DNA of 64,000 bases from Octopus vulgaris (taxonomy: Eukaryota), in NCBI GenBank assembly GCA_951406725.2, contig OX597820.1:91450001-91514000 (forward strand), in the 5' to 3' direction. Below are positions 38,639 to 56,357 of this stretch, in pieces (positions within the stretch are counted from its first letter, which is position 1; the number at the start of each line of letters is the position of its first letter). A model generated the notes under the pieces. It saw only the letters and a list, made by a program, of their open reading frames with translations, had not been told where the DNA came from and ran no database searches. A program made the translations under genes and the position numbers.

Positions 38639-39149
38639 TAGCAGTATCGCCCGGCGTTGCTCGGGTTTGTAAGGGAAATAACTATATAAGCATTTTTAGA
38701 GAGTTACTTCCCTTATAGATGCCAATTCGGGCTTTCTTAGCCATTTCTGTTTTGGTGTCTTCAAGCCATGAAGTCGTTGTCCTAAAAGAACGCTGGTCTC
38801 CTTGACAACGCTTTACGACGTTGATTTCCCTACACTCCCTTCCCCACAGCTTCACGAGGGAGGGAAGAAGGGGGAGAAGCAACACAGGTGCAGGTGTGAC
38901 CATGGACGCCAACTCCGCCGCTATCGACACACGAAAAAAATATGCGTTAAAATGGAAAAAATGATGTTAAATTATTTTTAAAATCGTAGACTCATTGTAG
39001 ACGCGCGCTAATACCCAGATGGGCTCGAGATGAATCACGGCTATAAGATACCCGAATTTGGTTAAACTGCACCGCAAAATGTGGGAGTAGTTAGGAATCT
39101 AAATCGTAGGAGACAGACACTCACACAACTACAGTTTTATATATATAGA
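38638..39149 (-). mobile_element. Non-autonomous Helitron
   Basis: The minus strand starts TCTATATATATAAAACTG and ends CCCGAGCAACGCCGGGCGATACTGCTAG|T. The last 70 bp or so are nearly identical to 14345-14414. Confidence 0.85.
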
Positions 39150-42100
39150 TATATATATATATATATAGCAGTACAAACTTGTTTGAGACGAATATCGAAA
39201 CTCAATTGAAATTTTCTTTGCCAGACGCAATAATGTTGTTGAAACCTGACTGTCTCATTTATAGAATTCTGTGCTATAATAGATGGGCGTTTATCCTCTA
39301 TCTTGAACGAAAACAATGAAATTCATTTACGTTAAATAAAACTCAAGTACTTGAGTATGAGTATTGCTATTTCGACTCAAACAAAAGCGAATGGGACTTT
39401 ACAACGTGCAAAGATAAAACTCAGTTTGAGGTAATTTGAAATGCCTATGAAATAGTTAATCATAATATCAGAAAATTTCAGAATTTTTCATTGTTTGAAG
39501 ATTGAGTATCCAGATAGAACCTTGCTTGCTCATTCGGTGCCCATATTGCATTTCTAAATGCTAAGGTCACATATTTGGAAACAAAATCGCGATAATTGTA
39601 TGGATATTCTTTCAACAGTAACAATGGAGTAATGCTGTTCTGTCTGTTATTTTGAATGAATGCAAAAGAACAGAGCTGTAAATGTCACTCTTAGACACAT
39701 TAACGACCTGCATTTTCTTCCCCCAAATCCTCAAAATTGAATTAACGACCAACAAAATATGCATTTTGTAATTTAAATCTGATATGTCAATGCAAATTTA
39801 GCATTATTTCTTTTCCATTCCACGTCATATCTCTTATCATTTTTGTATCCCTTTTATAACGGTCTAACCTAAAACCTCATCTATTTTTTCCCGTTAAAGT
39901 ATATTTATTGTACATATTTTTTCGTTGCTATTGTAGTATTTTCGTTTCATATTTTCCTGAATTCCGCTACGTGTTTTTTTTTATGTATTAGTATTTGTTC
40001 GATTGTCTCCTCCTTGCCTCATAATCTTACGCACTTTACTTACCTTTTTTAATTTCCATGTATTTTTTTGCCTATCGGTTTATTCAACCAAATTATTGAA
40101 ATAACTTGATGTCTCAGCCAACTCGAATTTTAAACTTATATATGTAAACATTTATTTGTGCGCGTGCGCGTGTTTGAGACAACGCACATGGCCTAGTGGT
40201 TAGGATACTGTGCTTCATGTCACAATGTTCTTCATGGATGGAGGAGAGTGGCAAAACCTTCGGGCCTTTAGCAGACATGCTTTACGGTATATCTTCCGGC
40301 TTTCTGCGTTCTGGGTTCTAATCCTACCTGCCTGAAGAAGGCAACGGGAAACCACTCTATGTTTATCCTTGGTATTAGTTATCATAGTCAAAGTTCCAGT
40401 AATCTACTTCACGGTAGAAGGGGAGAGTACAGGCTCTCATAAGTCATATGAAAGGTGCTGGGGTATGTTTACGTTCACAGAACATGGCCAAAGGCAGATC
40501 ACCGTTATACTAGCTTCTATATGTGCGTGTAAATTTATATACTCCATGCGCACACATATATGAGTGTGTGTATCTGTGTCTAATATAAATACCGCACAAA
40601 TACATTGTCTTCGCTCGAATAACACAACGAAATAAATCTTTAAATGTTGCTTAATATTGGTAATAGTAATATAGTTTTAGTTGTTATCTAAAATCAATAA
40701 CATTTCCAAAGACGCTTAAAATAAAATTTCTAATTTACTTGAATCATGATGGTATCCTACTCCATTAAACTACTCATAATTTTTGTTGTCTGAGCTACAG
40801 AATGTGTTGGGAGGCCGAATTGTTGTTAATAAAACCGAAAATGAGATGGGTTTGATAAAATAAAATGTTCGTTTATTTACTGGGTCATAAATCATAGATA
40901 AAATGATTGATTTATGTAGAATTGTCAGAAAATATGACGGCCAACACGAATGGCTGCAGATTGTAAATTGAAATATATTTTGCACAATGGATTGAAAACG
41001 CGAGATACCAACTATCATATTAGATAATACATATAAATGTAATTTCCTTACTTGGCGCCGCTTCATCGGATGTTTAGTATACACAGTTGGTTCCGCTTAA
41101 TAAAATATGCTGTTAATTTGGTTTCAACTTTCAATTCAAAGTCTACCAATTACTTGCATGATTCCAATATTTAACTAGTATCGTTTTAATTGCTATCGTT
41201 AAAGTTGCCCCATGCATCTATCTTAATGACTTAGTGAGACTGCTTTGTAGAAACTGAACTTATTTACTGCCATATATATTATCCAAAGTATGTATTTGTA
41301 TTATAGTTTCACATATTAGCAATCTCACCAAGTACTAGATCGTAAAGATCAATAGTTTGAAGCTTCGTTGTCAAAGACACCCATTAATAACTGAATAATC
41401 TGCCGTATGGCTCGGGTATTGAAGCATAGGTTTCTTCTGTCTTACCTAGTTCAGTATTATTCCTTGGTTTTAAGAAATAATCTTTTCTGAAAACCTAGTT
41501 CTCTTCAAATTCAACACCGATTCTGTCGTGACTGCAATGTTTTTAAAAGTTTTGTGCGTTTTCATTTTTGCTTGTTTTTTTTTTTTTTATAGTGTGTGTG
41601 ATTGAAGACAGTCGACTTTGCAATGGAGAATATGTTTTAATTTCAATGTTCATGAACGAGCATTCATATTGCATTGTGAGCCTGAATGCTTTTTGCTTTT
41701 GACATAGTAGTTATCGATAATAGAGTCAAAGTAGATCTAATAACCCTGCTTAGTACTGACTGGACTATTTTACTTATTTGGAAGCAATATATTTGATAGA
41801 AATATGATATTCATAAACTTTTATTCGTCTCTAACAGAACATAAACGCTGATTTTTTTTTTAAAGGAAAGTTATAATTTGCCACTCTGAAAATATTTCCC
41901 TGCCTTTCTTCCCACTGTATCGATTGCTTAATGAAATACCCTCCCACTATCATTTAATAAAGTATCATTCTGACACTTGTTTTTGCTTCATTTATGAGAA
42001 GACAAGCGGCATACTTTCAAATGAAACCTTTGTAGTTGCTAGTGTTGTCCTTCCAGACGCAAACATGTCTGTAGTTAAGAGTTTAGTGAGATTGGAGGGC

Positions 42101-42342
42101 TCATTTGCTAAGCCGTTGTGTCATAATCTCGAGATATAACATAACTAAAGTTGGCTATAGTAAAATTGTATTGGTAAACGTAATCAGTTGCCTGCCTTTA
42201 CACGACCCCATTTTTTTTTGTTTTCGGAGAGAAAACTAGTATACCAGTGGGATCGATGTAAATTGCTGACCTTGCACCAACATTGGAAATCAGAATTAAT
42301 GATACTTTTAGTAATTATGTAAAAATATACCCTAATGAAGGT

Positions 42343-42490
42343 ATACTAGTGCGTTCGTTTAGATGGGTGTCTGTCACTAGTTTTTCTTGAGTCACCGATA
42401 GTGCTTCACCATTTTGGACATTGGTGAAGTGACTTAACACATCTAGACTCGAGAAGCCGTTTTGTCCATACTTAATGAAGTTAACACTTT
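42343..42490 (-). mobile_element. Penelope RT fragment, inverted relative to the element downstream
   Basis: SLDVLSHFTNVQNGEALSVTQEKLVTDTHLNERTSIP is homologous to SLDVISLSTKVPTGEVLSVIQEKLVTDTHLK at about 44125-44230. Confidence 0.85.
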
Positions 42491-43070
42491 CTTCAGAGTA
42501 CACATCTTCCCAGCTCACACAGAAAATTTCATTTATACGGAAATACATGTAGTTTATTAGGTTTTCTGTGACTTGTTGTTAGCCATTTAAGTAAAAGGTT
42601 AAATCTGTAGTTGTTATATTTCATGCATGATATAGTGGAATACATTTACATATGTCTACCGTCATTGACATATATTGATTTATATTTTACGCTACCGTCT
42701 TTTATCATGTCAAGCGTAATCAATGACATACGGAAATAATGTTAATCTTAATCCTCTTTATACAAACAAACACATATATATGTGTGTGTGGTTGTGCGTA
42801 CGCATGTGTGCATTTGTATGTGTGTGTGTGTGTGATTGTATGTGTGGGGGTGAGTGTGTGTGGTTACATGTATATATGCATAAGTATTTACATTGGATAC
42901 ATACCAGTTCCTTTATCCATAATTGAACATACGATATTTGTGAGTGGGGGCATGGGTACATGGGGGGGGGGCGTTCGGGGGGCGTGTTCGAGTTTAGAGG
43001 TATATATTATCTGGGCGGATACCGTGGCAGGAAATAAAATTTTGAGAGTGTACCAGTTTTCATACTGTCT

Positions 43071-45705
<2,635 letters not shown>

Positions 45706-45707
45706 AG

Positions 45708-45742
<35 letters not shown>

Positions 45743-46989
45743 ATAAATGCACACACAGACGCACACACCCACCCACAAAACCACACGCACACAAACACGT
45801 ATACACTCATACACACGCATGCATACATACACACACACACATATATATATTTGAGAACATACTCTTTGTGGAGAATGGCGATTTGACGTCTATATCTAGC
45901 ATGTTGACTGTCCACTTTTCGTGTTCAGTCCTTAATTGGTATATAAAAATATTTTAATCTTCGGATTCTTTTTAATATGGTAGACCACTGGTTTTAATTG
46001 ACAAATATCAATTTCTACCCTTAATTAATTTTATATATATGTGTATATACATAATGGAAAATGTGAGTAAGAGAAATAGTATTCTTAAGATTATAAACCT
46101 AGTAAAGCACAGAACAAGAACATTTTTACTTGAAATATTGCAAGAATAAAATTTCAAAAAAAATATTGAGATTTAGCAAATTCATTAAAAGGTATTATTT
46201 ATATTTATTATTACTTGTTGCTTTTATTGAAAATACAAAACTGAAAATAACTCGATTAAAATACTTTTTGCACTGTTGTCTTGCTCGCATTTTTCCATGT
46301 AATTCATGTTTTATTTTTCTAGTCTATGCTATTATGCTAATTAATGATGTGTCAAATGTGTCAATTAGCGGTGTCATTGATAATTTTTACATTACCTCAA
46401 TGACGCTGGTGACACATATTAAAAGTTCCATTATAGAATTATATTCATAAAAAAGTATAGACCTATATTATCACCTAGAAATTTGAGGAAGAAACACTCA
46501 TATTTTTTTTCCTTTTAAAACATCATAGTTTGAGATTGATACAATGCAATTCCTAGAATCGAGCTCTATCATTTAAGCTTAATTAAAATATAATTTGTTT
46601 CTGGGATTAAAAAAAAGTTAATTATACTTTCATGATATTTTACCTCACACCTTTTTTGACAAACTTTTGTTGCATGGGAACAAAACTATAAAATTTTTCA
46701 TTCTTTCTTCTATCATTTGCTTTTAAAATAAAAATGGGTATTTCGATCTAAACTTGATCGGTGGCGTTACTTACTTTCTTAAAATGTTGCTATGAATTTC
46801 GATGTAAACATTTTTTTACTGGATCAAATCTCAATATTTTGTATGCTAAAATGAAGCTAGGGACGCGTCCTCTTCAAAAATGTAAAGTTTTCAATTTTGT
46901 TAAGAACTAAATTAAGGACAAGCTCTGAAAAATGTTGCGTGTAAGTAAATTGTAGCCTTAAGAAAAGTATTCAACTACTACCGTAGTTG

Positions 46990-47162
<173 letters not shown>

Positions 47163-47663
47163 GAATGAATACCTATCTTGGTTGCACAAAGTGCTTCTTT
47201 TATGAAATGCTCTATTTGCTGTGTCCGGGGAAAGCTTCCTACATGACGCACAGTGTTAAAGAAAACAGAGTATTCCTATGACTGATGATTGCAGATATCG
47301 ACATTTCTGTATTATTGTGGCTCCTGAATACCATATACGAAATGAATCACTGATCTGGGGCTTATATGCAAATAGAGAGAAGTCAATTTGCTGATGTTCT
47401 GCAGTGTAGCACATGTCAATGAGAACTGAATTAGGAATTAAATCAACTCTAATATTGTAAATATTATCCGCCGGACATTCATTATTGAGCAGTCAGATTA
47501 GTGGCAAAATGTCAAAATCTACCTCTGTTGGTCCCTTAGGTGCGAGTTGTCTCGCCTGTTCTGAGATGCTTGGTCTTCGTTAACACTAGGCGTCGCGTAA
47601 GAAGCATGCCCCGGACAATTTCTGTCAACAAATGGGCATTTTAGCAAAACATACCCACAAGCA

Positions 47664-47694
<31 letters not shown>

Positions 47695-47719
47695 TCATAC
47701 ATGCACACACACACATATA

Positions 47720-47889
47720 CACACACACCGCTTACCTTAGCACTACTAGCACTGGTACTTAGTTATGTATCTATCTATTTATCTATCTACCTGTCTATCT
47801 ATCTACACACACACACTCATACATGCACACACACACATATACACACACACCGCTTACCTTTGCACTTCTAGCACTGGTATTAATTCACG

Positions 47890-47915
<26 letters not shown>
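47720..47915 (+). repeat. Local tandem duplication (unit of about 120 bp)
   Basis: CACACCGCTTACCTT.GCACT.CTAGCACTGGTA...GTATCTATCTATTTATCTATCTA occurs twice. Confidence 0.8.
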
Positions 47916-47920
<5 letters not shown>

Positions 47921-48846
47921 CTATCTCTCTCTCTATATATATATATAAGAATATATACATAATTTAATAAACATATATACATAATTACACATACACATAT
48001 ATTATGAACAGAGTATATGTACTTGTACAATCTTAGATTTGTATCACTGTGTGTGTATGAGTATATGCATATACCTGTAGACATGTTTGTGTTAGTTCCA
48101 CGTTATATAAGTTGACGCATATTTTCTTTCAGTTTTCAACAATTTCTTTTCTGTAATATAATGCAAATGTATTTTATGATTATATCTTGGGATACATATT
48201 TTAACCTAAATCTCAAGGGAAGTTTCGTCAAGTTTTTATATATTACATTTGTATCATAAACTAATTACAAACTTGCATTTTCGAAATATGGACAACTGTA
48301 TAAGTATCTGTTTCTCAGTATGTATATACGTATATACGTATTTATATGTATATATGTATCTGTTACGGATACTAATGCAAATGTTCATAAGTGAGTTATA
48401 ATTCATATTTAAGTATTAGATTTTTAATAGAATTGATTTATATCTGAGACCTAACCTCAATTTGATGTTAAAAATGAAATAACTTTCAGAATTGGCAACT
48501 TATGTTAGAATTCATTATTTTTCTAGCTTATTGAAATCAAGAAATATTGAATTGGTGCATTGTAAGTTTTGAATAGCGAACGAATAAACCCGGATTCCTG
48601 TTTCAATACATGTCGTTTTTAGCTTCTTAGCAAAATATCTGTACAACACGATCAAATACATAACATAGGTTTGAGATTATTCATACATGCTTTTAGAAAC
48701 AATATCGCGTAATTCTCTCTCTGAGTTTCACAAAATAGCCTGCAATATAATTCGTACAAAGAGAGTTAAATGCTTCTTTTAGATTACATCAATGTAGATA
48801 TGTTTTTCGTGAATTTCCTTTTAGGTAAATTTAAATAAAATGGTTT

Positions 48847-48877
<31 letters not shown>

Positions 48878-48971
48878 CCCCCTATATATATACACATACA
48901 CACATATAGATAGATCGATTATGAGCGGTAGATAGATAGATAGATAGATAGAAAGAGAGACAGGCTGAGAG

Positions 48972-49010
<39 letters not shown>

Positions 49011-49897
49011 ATAGTGTATATTTAAACACATAAGGAATTCAAGACGCTAGAAAGAACAGCTATGTCATATAACCACAAAGATTATATACAATTATACACG
49101 TTAGACCACTGGAAATGTAGATTTTAATTAATTTCCATTTCCCTTTGATATAATGAAATATATATATATATATGTAGATAGATGGATAGATAGATTAGAT
49201 AGATAGGTAGATAGAGGCAGATGCTTCTACACATACATACTGCTACATATAGATTAGACATGCACACACATATATATCGACGTATGGATACATGAAGATA
49301 CACAGATAAGACATATGATTGTGTACACTATTGAAGAATTGTGTGCATTTCGTACACTGTATAATAACCATTTGCATTCCGCATTCTTTGCTGCATAATA
49401 ATTAATGCCTTTTAATCAAATCCCGAATTCTGATATATCCAATATCATGAAAATACGCTTGAAGTTTATTTAAATTGGTATATATCTATCTTTTAACCTT
49501 ATCATGCATATACTTTATTCTGTAAGGAAATTACTCGTTTACCACCTCACATTTCTACCACGTGAACTCTTAAAATTGTAAATTGAGTGGAAACAGTGAT
49601 TGGATTATTTAAATGGCATAAAATTCGATCAAATTCAAGCAGCAGTAGCGAAACTAATCTTATGTCACGGTCCTGCAATTTAAATTCTCTTGGCGCCTGC
49701 TGTTTATAATGCACTGATATCTCTAGAATAAAGTTTTGTCAAGTGAAAATATATAGAAGTCAGTGCATACTATTATACAATGCTACACGCATGTAAGCAT
49801 ACGTAAGCACGTATGTCTGCACGCATGTATGAATTTGCGTATATACATATGTGTACATATTCATATGTATGTGTGTGGTGTTTGTGTGCCTGTGAGC

Positions 49898-49959
<62 letters not shown>

Positions 49960-50409
49960 CATATTTGTATAAATATATTTTGTATGTGTATATTTGTAAA
50001 TCATTTTGAATATAGAAGCCTTGTTGTCCTAAGATTTTCGATCATTCAAGTGCGAAGAGATTTATAATGTAATATAATGAAGTATATGCTAGAGGTACAT
50101 ATAAAGTATATTTATATAGACTCATTATTTTAAAAATATAACAAGACATACCATACAATGTTCATGTTAATATGTATTTCTATTAGGGTTGTAGCGCAAG
50201 TTGATTATTTAGACCTAGGGAACAAAACATTTCCTTGATGATCTTTTTTTATCAGCAATTGATAATCTACTTTCCGTCTTTTCCTTTGATAATTTATTTG
50301 TGTTCCCATCAAATGTTTTGTGTATGGTTATAAAATTATGACGAACGTTAGGTATAGAATCCCTTTATCGTTGTTTGTGTTGGATCGATGTCTTTATAAT
50401 GTTATTATA

Positions 50410-50710
50410 TATGGGCTCCCAGAAAATTTACTAGCAAAAACACTGCAACACCCATTATGTGGAACTAACATCTTTCAGGATAGACCACACCACATTAACT
50501 AGCTTTTTTTCTGAAGCTCATAAGAGTTGTTTGGTGCCTTAAAACTAAGTAGGCGTTATACTGAAAAGATTCCGAGGTTATAAGTGATTGTCCGCGTTGG
50601 TATTATAAATAGGAAGTACAGAATGTTAGCAGTGGAAAATCCGTAACTTAGCTGCAAAATTTGGGGAAACTTAGAGATAAACAGGGGATAATTTATAGAC
50701 CTTAAGTAAT
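50410..50710 (+). mobile_element. Possible very old mariner transposase C-terminal remnant
   Basis: LQHPLCGTNI (cf. LxHPPYSPDL) is followed by LFGALK..RRY (cf. LFxxLKxxLxGxxF). Confidence 0.35.
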
Positions 50711-50934
50711 ATGTTATAGCATACTGCTTATATTAGTTGAATACTGTTTAGATGTTACGCTTCAATTATACCATGTAGCACAGGATGTTCTGAAATAATA
50801 CGCGTCGCTTCGTGGTGTCGATTTGATAGATTATAATTTTCCTCAAAATATGATCACTAGAGCCAATACTCATATTTTAAATATTTTCCACCTCCTCCTC
50901 CTCCTCCTCATCATCATCATGATCATTATTCCTC

Positions 50935-53900
50935 CTTCGTAACACAGTGTACGTAAAAGTGCACTGGAGACATTAGTCATCTGTCAAGTCACACGAAATT
51001 TAGACAGATAATACTTTCCTTGAGATGTCCAGTGACAAATAAGCCTGTTTTTTGCATGATATCAGTCTTGCATGGGATTTTCAGTTGCTTTAAGAAGTTT
51101 TGAAGTTTCAGTGGGATTGAGCCAACATTCCGATCACCACTGGTAACACTTTTACATTACCCTCTCGCATTCTATAGTCTTGCCATTTCCACTTTCAAGT
51201 CAGAGTACTTGGTGATTTTTTCAACCTCTTTACTCACAACATTCATGTCATTTGGTATGGCTACATCAATGATCTAACAGTATTTGTCTCTCTTGTTCAA
51301 TATGACAATATCCGTCCGACGGCATTCGATCAAACGACCCGTCTGAAAATCATAGTCTCAGAGTATCGTTACTTTCACATCCTCCTGCATAACTTTACAT
51401 CGTACATGCTCATACCGGTTCTCTGTTACTTCGTATTGGTGTTTACGGCATAAGAGCCAATGAAGATACACACACAATTTATCGTGGCGGCGCTTGTATT
51501 CTGTTTGTGCAAGGCTCTCACATCCACTTACCAAGTGGGTCACATTTTCCACACTCTTTCCACAGAGTCTGCATTTCTGGGTGTCTGAAGTTTCATAGAT
51601 GTTATACTTCACGGAATTGGTAGCTGAGCCTGGTCTTGTGCAGCAATGATCAGGCTTTTGGTGGCATGCTTCAAATCACCTCGCTCAAGCCATGCCCACC
51701 ATGCTATATTATCCTTAACGTCTTGTGTATTTCTTTCAAACTGTCCACGCATACTCATTTCAAGAAGATCTTCTTTTCTCTTCTCCTCAGCTCTTTGGTT
51801 AAATTCTTCCTAGCTCATTATTTCATCTGCATTTACACCCATATGTTTCATGGCATGTTGCAGCAGGTCTTCATCACTATCAAATACTCGGCAAGCTTTC
51901 TTCTTTTACTCTTTATACAATGGTCTTTACTAAATAGTCCTCTGCCACCATTCTTTCATTTCATATACAGTCTGTTTAGGTGTGCTTTAAGGTGTAGCGC
52001 TCCATGCAGCGTCATCAACTTCCTCGTTCTTCTATCCAGTGTTGATATTTACTCCTTAGTCCTTTTGTGGATGGATGCACACTATCTGACCAGTTTAACT
52101 GTCCAGATATTCATTGCGGTAATCAAAATTTTAGCATTCACGTTGGATTTCATCAACATCTTCACCTATTTTTGATACGCCTCGCTGACACTGACTTTCA
52201 TATCTGTGTGTATCATATCATCCATAAAGAGAAGATTGTCCAATGATTAGCCATTCTTCTCACATTGGTAACCCAACTTAACTTTCCAAAGTGTCATTGT
52301 TATGTGTATTAGTGCAATTACAAAAAGTAATAGAGAAAACGAGGACCTTGGAAGATTTCCCTTTTAATATGAACTTCTCCAAGGAATTCATCACTTGAGT
52401 ACAAGTTGGTTTTCCCCTCTTTCATGTGCAATGCATTAGAAAATCTGTGATGTTATCAACAACACGAAACATCTTTAGACATTCAACGATCCAAGAATGT
52501 GGCACTATATATGCCTTCTTAAAGTCAATCCAAGCCATAGACATCTTTGTATGATGTTTTATACAATGACTCAAAACTGTTTTATCGATAACCAGGTGAT
52601 CCTTGGTACCCTGAGAACTATTCCTACGTCCTTTTTGTTCCCTTGCTAGTATTTCTTCATGTATCTTTGCCGCACATATTCCAGTGAGTACATTCCAGAT
52701 TATGTTTAGGCATGCTATGAGACAGCAGTTCCCCACAATATTCCCCAGTTTTCTATCTTTCATTACAAATGTTGTCCTGCTCATCACCATCTACGCAGAT
52801 GCTGTACCTTTTTAGACACACTCTTTCCATGGGGCTGCTAGTTTTTTATGCACCACGTGGCATCTCTTCAGCCAGAAGCTATGAATCCCATCTGGTACGA
52901 GGGCTTTCCAGTTAGGTACTTTACCTACCTGTTCTTTCACATTGCCCATACTTATGACAATATTCCTTTGTTTCTTTCCTCCTTGTAATTCTGTCTTGAT
53001 TGTTCCTATCCACATTGCATCCCTTTTATGCACCACATTGTTTCCTCATAATCAGCACCAGAACGCTTTGCCTTGATTTGCATCGGTAGCAACATTTCCT
53101 CAGTTTTCTCCTTCTAACGTTCGGAAGAATTGCTTCAGGTCATTTTTGAACAGTCTTTTCTCCGCGAACTTCTTATTTCTTTTCACAAATCTTCTGATCT
53201 TCTGGCTTTTTTAAATGATCCTCTGTTTTAACTGCTCTATTGCTGCATCAGACCCGTTCTTCCGTATTTTATATTTCTTCTCGAATCTTTCTCGGTCGGA
53301 TCTTTTCCCATGTTTCCAGTTTCCTCTTAACCATTGCTCAATTTTTCCTAGATCTTGCCTTGCCCGAATTTTGTCTCTTTGAATGCGTGGTTTCCACCAT
53401 GGTTCTTTTGCTCCACCATTTTGTGCTTTCTTAAGTTGAAATTTCTCCTCGACAAGTAGCTCGGAGAAGATTCCTTGTTTGTGTTATGTTCTCTGTCTGG
53501 ATGTATGGTATGATAGTATTTAACTTTTGTGATACTTTATCATACTCCTAGTTACCCTTTTCATATTCATGGGGATCTTTTCTTCTGGAGCATTCATCAA
53601 GTCGGTGAGTCGTCTTTGAATTTCAAGTAATTCATTATCTAGTTGGTTCACTTCACTTGCAAATCCACCCACCACAGTATCAGGGTTCACTGTGTAACGT
53701 TCTTGTTCCCCATCCTTAACAGCCCAATCACCATTTCCCTGTTCCTTCTGTATACTTTTCTTCCTACTTTCAGTTCCCACCTTTCTATTTTCAAATCCGA
53801 CCATCCTTTATAGCCCATCCGCAGGGGCTCTCAGACACTCACTAATCCTAGATATTTCTACTCCAGTTAAGTATCCCTTCCTCCTAATTACTCTCACTTG

Positions 53901-54255
53901 GTTCCTTACTTTATTTTCTGACATTGGACTCATGTACTTTTCCATCCAAAATTTCAAGTTGCGTCGGCCTCCTCCGCGATTTCATTCCAGCTTTGCCCTT
54001 TCATGATATTCAATGAGTGTATCGTACTCTTCCTTCGTCCATTTAGGTCTGTTCCTGCGCACAATGTGTTTCGTGATCTGTTGTGACATAACGACCGTCC
54101 GATTTCAGATCACTGCCCCTGATGCGGGCGGTTTCGGATGTGCCGGGCGGGAAATCTTCTCCATGATCCGCTAGAGATTCATTGTCGCCGTTAATTCTTT
54201 CCTTGTATTGCATCATGATTTCATGAGTCGTTCGTGGAGTTCCCACGAGAGTTGT
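50935..54255 (-). mobile_element. Near full-length R4/Dong-clade non-LTR retrotransposon (RT + CCHC + restriction-like endonuclease), pseudogenised
   Basis: N-terminal WTKEEYDTL...VRNQVRVIRRKGYL. RT motifs NWKALVPDGIHSFWLK, EQKG...GTKDHLVID, MAWIDFKKAY.VPHSWI and LLFMDD. Zinc knuckle CRLCGKSVENVTHLVSGC..LAQTEYKRRHD. Endonuclease RRTDIV...IIDVAIP...EKITKY. Confidence 0.92.
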
Positions 54256-54448
54256 TATTGAAATCCCATCTCTCTCTCCTTCTCATTATTTCTTAATACA
54301 CGTGCACATGTATGTACATACACATATATATATATATATAAATAACGTACTTGCATTGTGTCGCCTCCATAAGCACAGTGATTATCATTACCACCATCGT
54401 ACTACCAAAATCATTTATTATTATTATTTTTATTATTATTAATGTTAC

Positions 54449-54518
<70 letters not shown>

Positions 54519-54519
54519 G

Positions 54520-55265
54520 AAATTACCTATGGCTTACTTTCATTATAACTTTCTTTGAGCTGCCTTAGTACCGGGCATCCTCCGGAGGCCAAGATTAGCA
54601 AGTGTACTTTTGCTTTGCTATGCATGTTAAAATTAACACATTGATTCCATTTTTGAGATAGAGTGTTTTCCGTAGTATATGGGCTGTACGCATCAAGGTT
54701 ATCATTTGTAATTCAGGGAGATTGGAACTACCAGATAGTTGCTCAATATACTTCTCAGCTCCCTCCTTTATCATTCCAAATGCATCAATCACTACTAGTA
54801 TTATCGTAGTACTAAGCTTCCACATTTTTATAATTTTAATTTACATATCTTTATAGTGAGAAAGCTTTTCGTATTCCTTTAAAACATTTTGTTCTTGTGG
54901 GACAGATATATCTATGAACAGACGACTTCCTCTGTTGTAGCCCTTGATCAAAATGTCTGGTCGATTGAAGTCAATTTTTCTGTCTGTTTGTATTGGGAAG
55001 TTCCAAAGGATGGTGACGCCCTCGCCAATTACTACATCCTCTGGATGGTGCCTGTTCCACTTATTACGGGATTTAATATTGTAGCATTTACAAGCATTCC
55101 AGTTGATGTACTGCCTTAGTCTATCATGTCTTATGAGGCACTCCATTTCAACGAGGACTGGGGAGCCAGAAAAAACACGATCAATTGTCTCTGTAAATTT
55201 TCCGCAAATATTGCACGGAGTGTCTGATCCATCTTTAAGGGCGTTTGCTTGGTAGTTTCTGGTAG
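54520..55265 (-). mobile_element. 5'-truncated R4/Dong-clade LINE of a second family
   Basis: RHDRL...ILWNFPIQTDRKIDFNRPDILI...FIDISVP...EKLSHYKD...MWKL...VVIDAFGMI...TAHILRKTL. (ATT)n/(GTT)n tracts flank both sides. Confidence 0.9.
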
Positions 55266-55288
55266 GTAAGCTCTAACTTTGTGCTGCA

Positions 55289-55423
<135 letters not shown>

Positions 55424-55424
55424 A

Positions 55425-55608
55425 AGGTAACGGGCTGGCAGAACCGATAGCACAGTGGGTAAAACGTTTACCGGCATTTCGTCCGTCCTTACATTCTGAG
55501 TTAAAATGCCGCTGAGGTCGACTTTGCCTTTCATCTATTGATGGTCGATAAATAAAGTACCAGTTGAGTACTGAAGGTCGATGTAATCGGCTTAACCCCC
55601 TCCCCAAA
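55425..55608 (+). mobile_element. SINE family D
   Basis: GGCTGGCAGAACCGATAGCAC...GAGGTCGACTTTGCCTTTCATC...AAAGTACCAG. Confidence 0.85.
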
Positions 55609-56357
55609 AAGTAGTAGTATTTGTTATTGTAACTGTAGCAGCAGCAATAGGAGTAATTGTAGTAACAGCAGTAACATTAGTAATAGTAGTATTTGCTGTT
55701 GTTGTCGTAGTATTCATTGTAGTTGTGATCAGTACTGTTACTACTGCACTGTGTTGAATTTATTCGGTTGTTTCTTCAGATCATGTGCTATGAGAGTATT
55801 TGTCCAAACTAATTAATTGAGATTAATTTGCAATCGAGTTTAGATAAATTTTCCTCACTTGAGAGCGAAGCAAGAATAATTGTTCTTCTTGGGAATTCTC
55901 CCTTTCCGTTTCGTTCTATTTTCATTCCCAAAATTTCATTAATCAATTCCTGATCAAACTAAACGTGTTATGTATGTTTCCATTAGACAGACTTTTTGTA
56001 GTAAGAGCACAGGTGTTATCGCAACATAGTGGTATATATTTGACAGGCACTTATAAAATGAAACTAATAACGGTGAACATACGAGTTGTAATGCTGTACG
56101 CGATAAAGATCTGTGACCTACACGATTCCACAACTCTAAACGAAGAGTTGTAAATATTTGTAAACAACCGATGATCTGATTAATGCACTTATATATTCAG
56201 TTTAAGGTTAAAAGATTGAAAATGTTGAGCTACAACAAGCGTTTTCCTAATAGGGTAGGCTGAAGAGATCATGTTCGCATGAAAACATAATTGCATTAAA
56301 ATAGCGTCTCCTGTTGACCATCTGTTTCCGCTCCGTTTAACTCTCTGGCCACTTATA

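Noticed and set aside
40331-40360. CTGAAGA...GAAAC as a hammerhead
   Set aside because: No stem II or stem I pairing. It resembles an RTE/SINE-type segment next to degraded SINE heads.
51636-52175. 179-aa plus-strand ORF
   Set aside because: It is the antisense shadow of the R4/Dong RT region on the minus strand.
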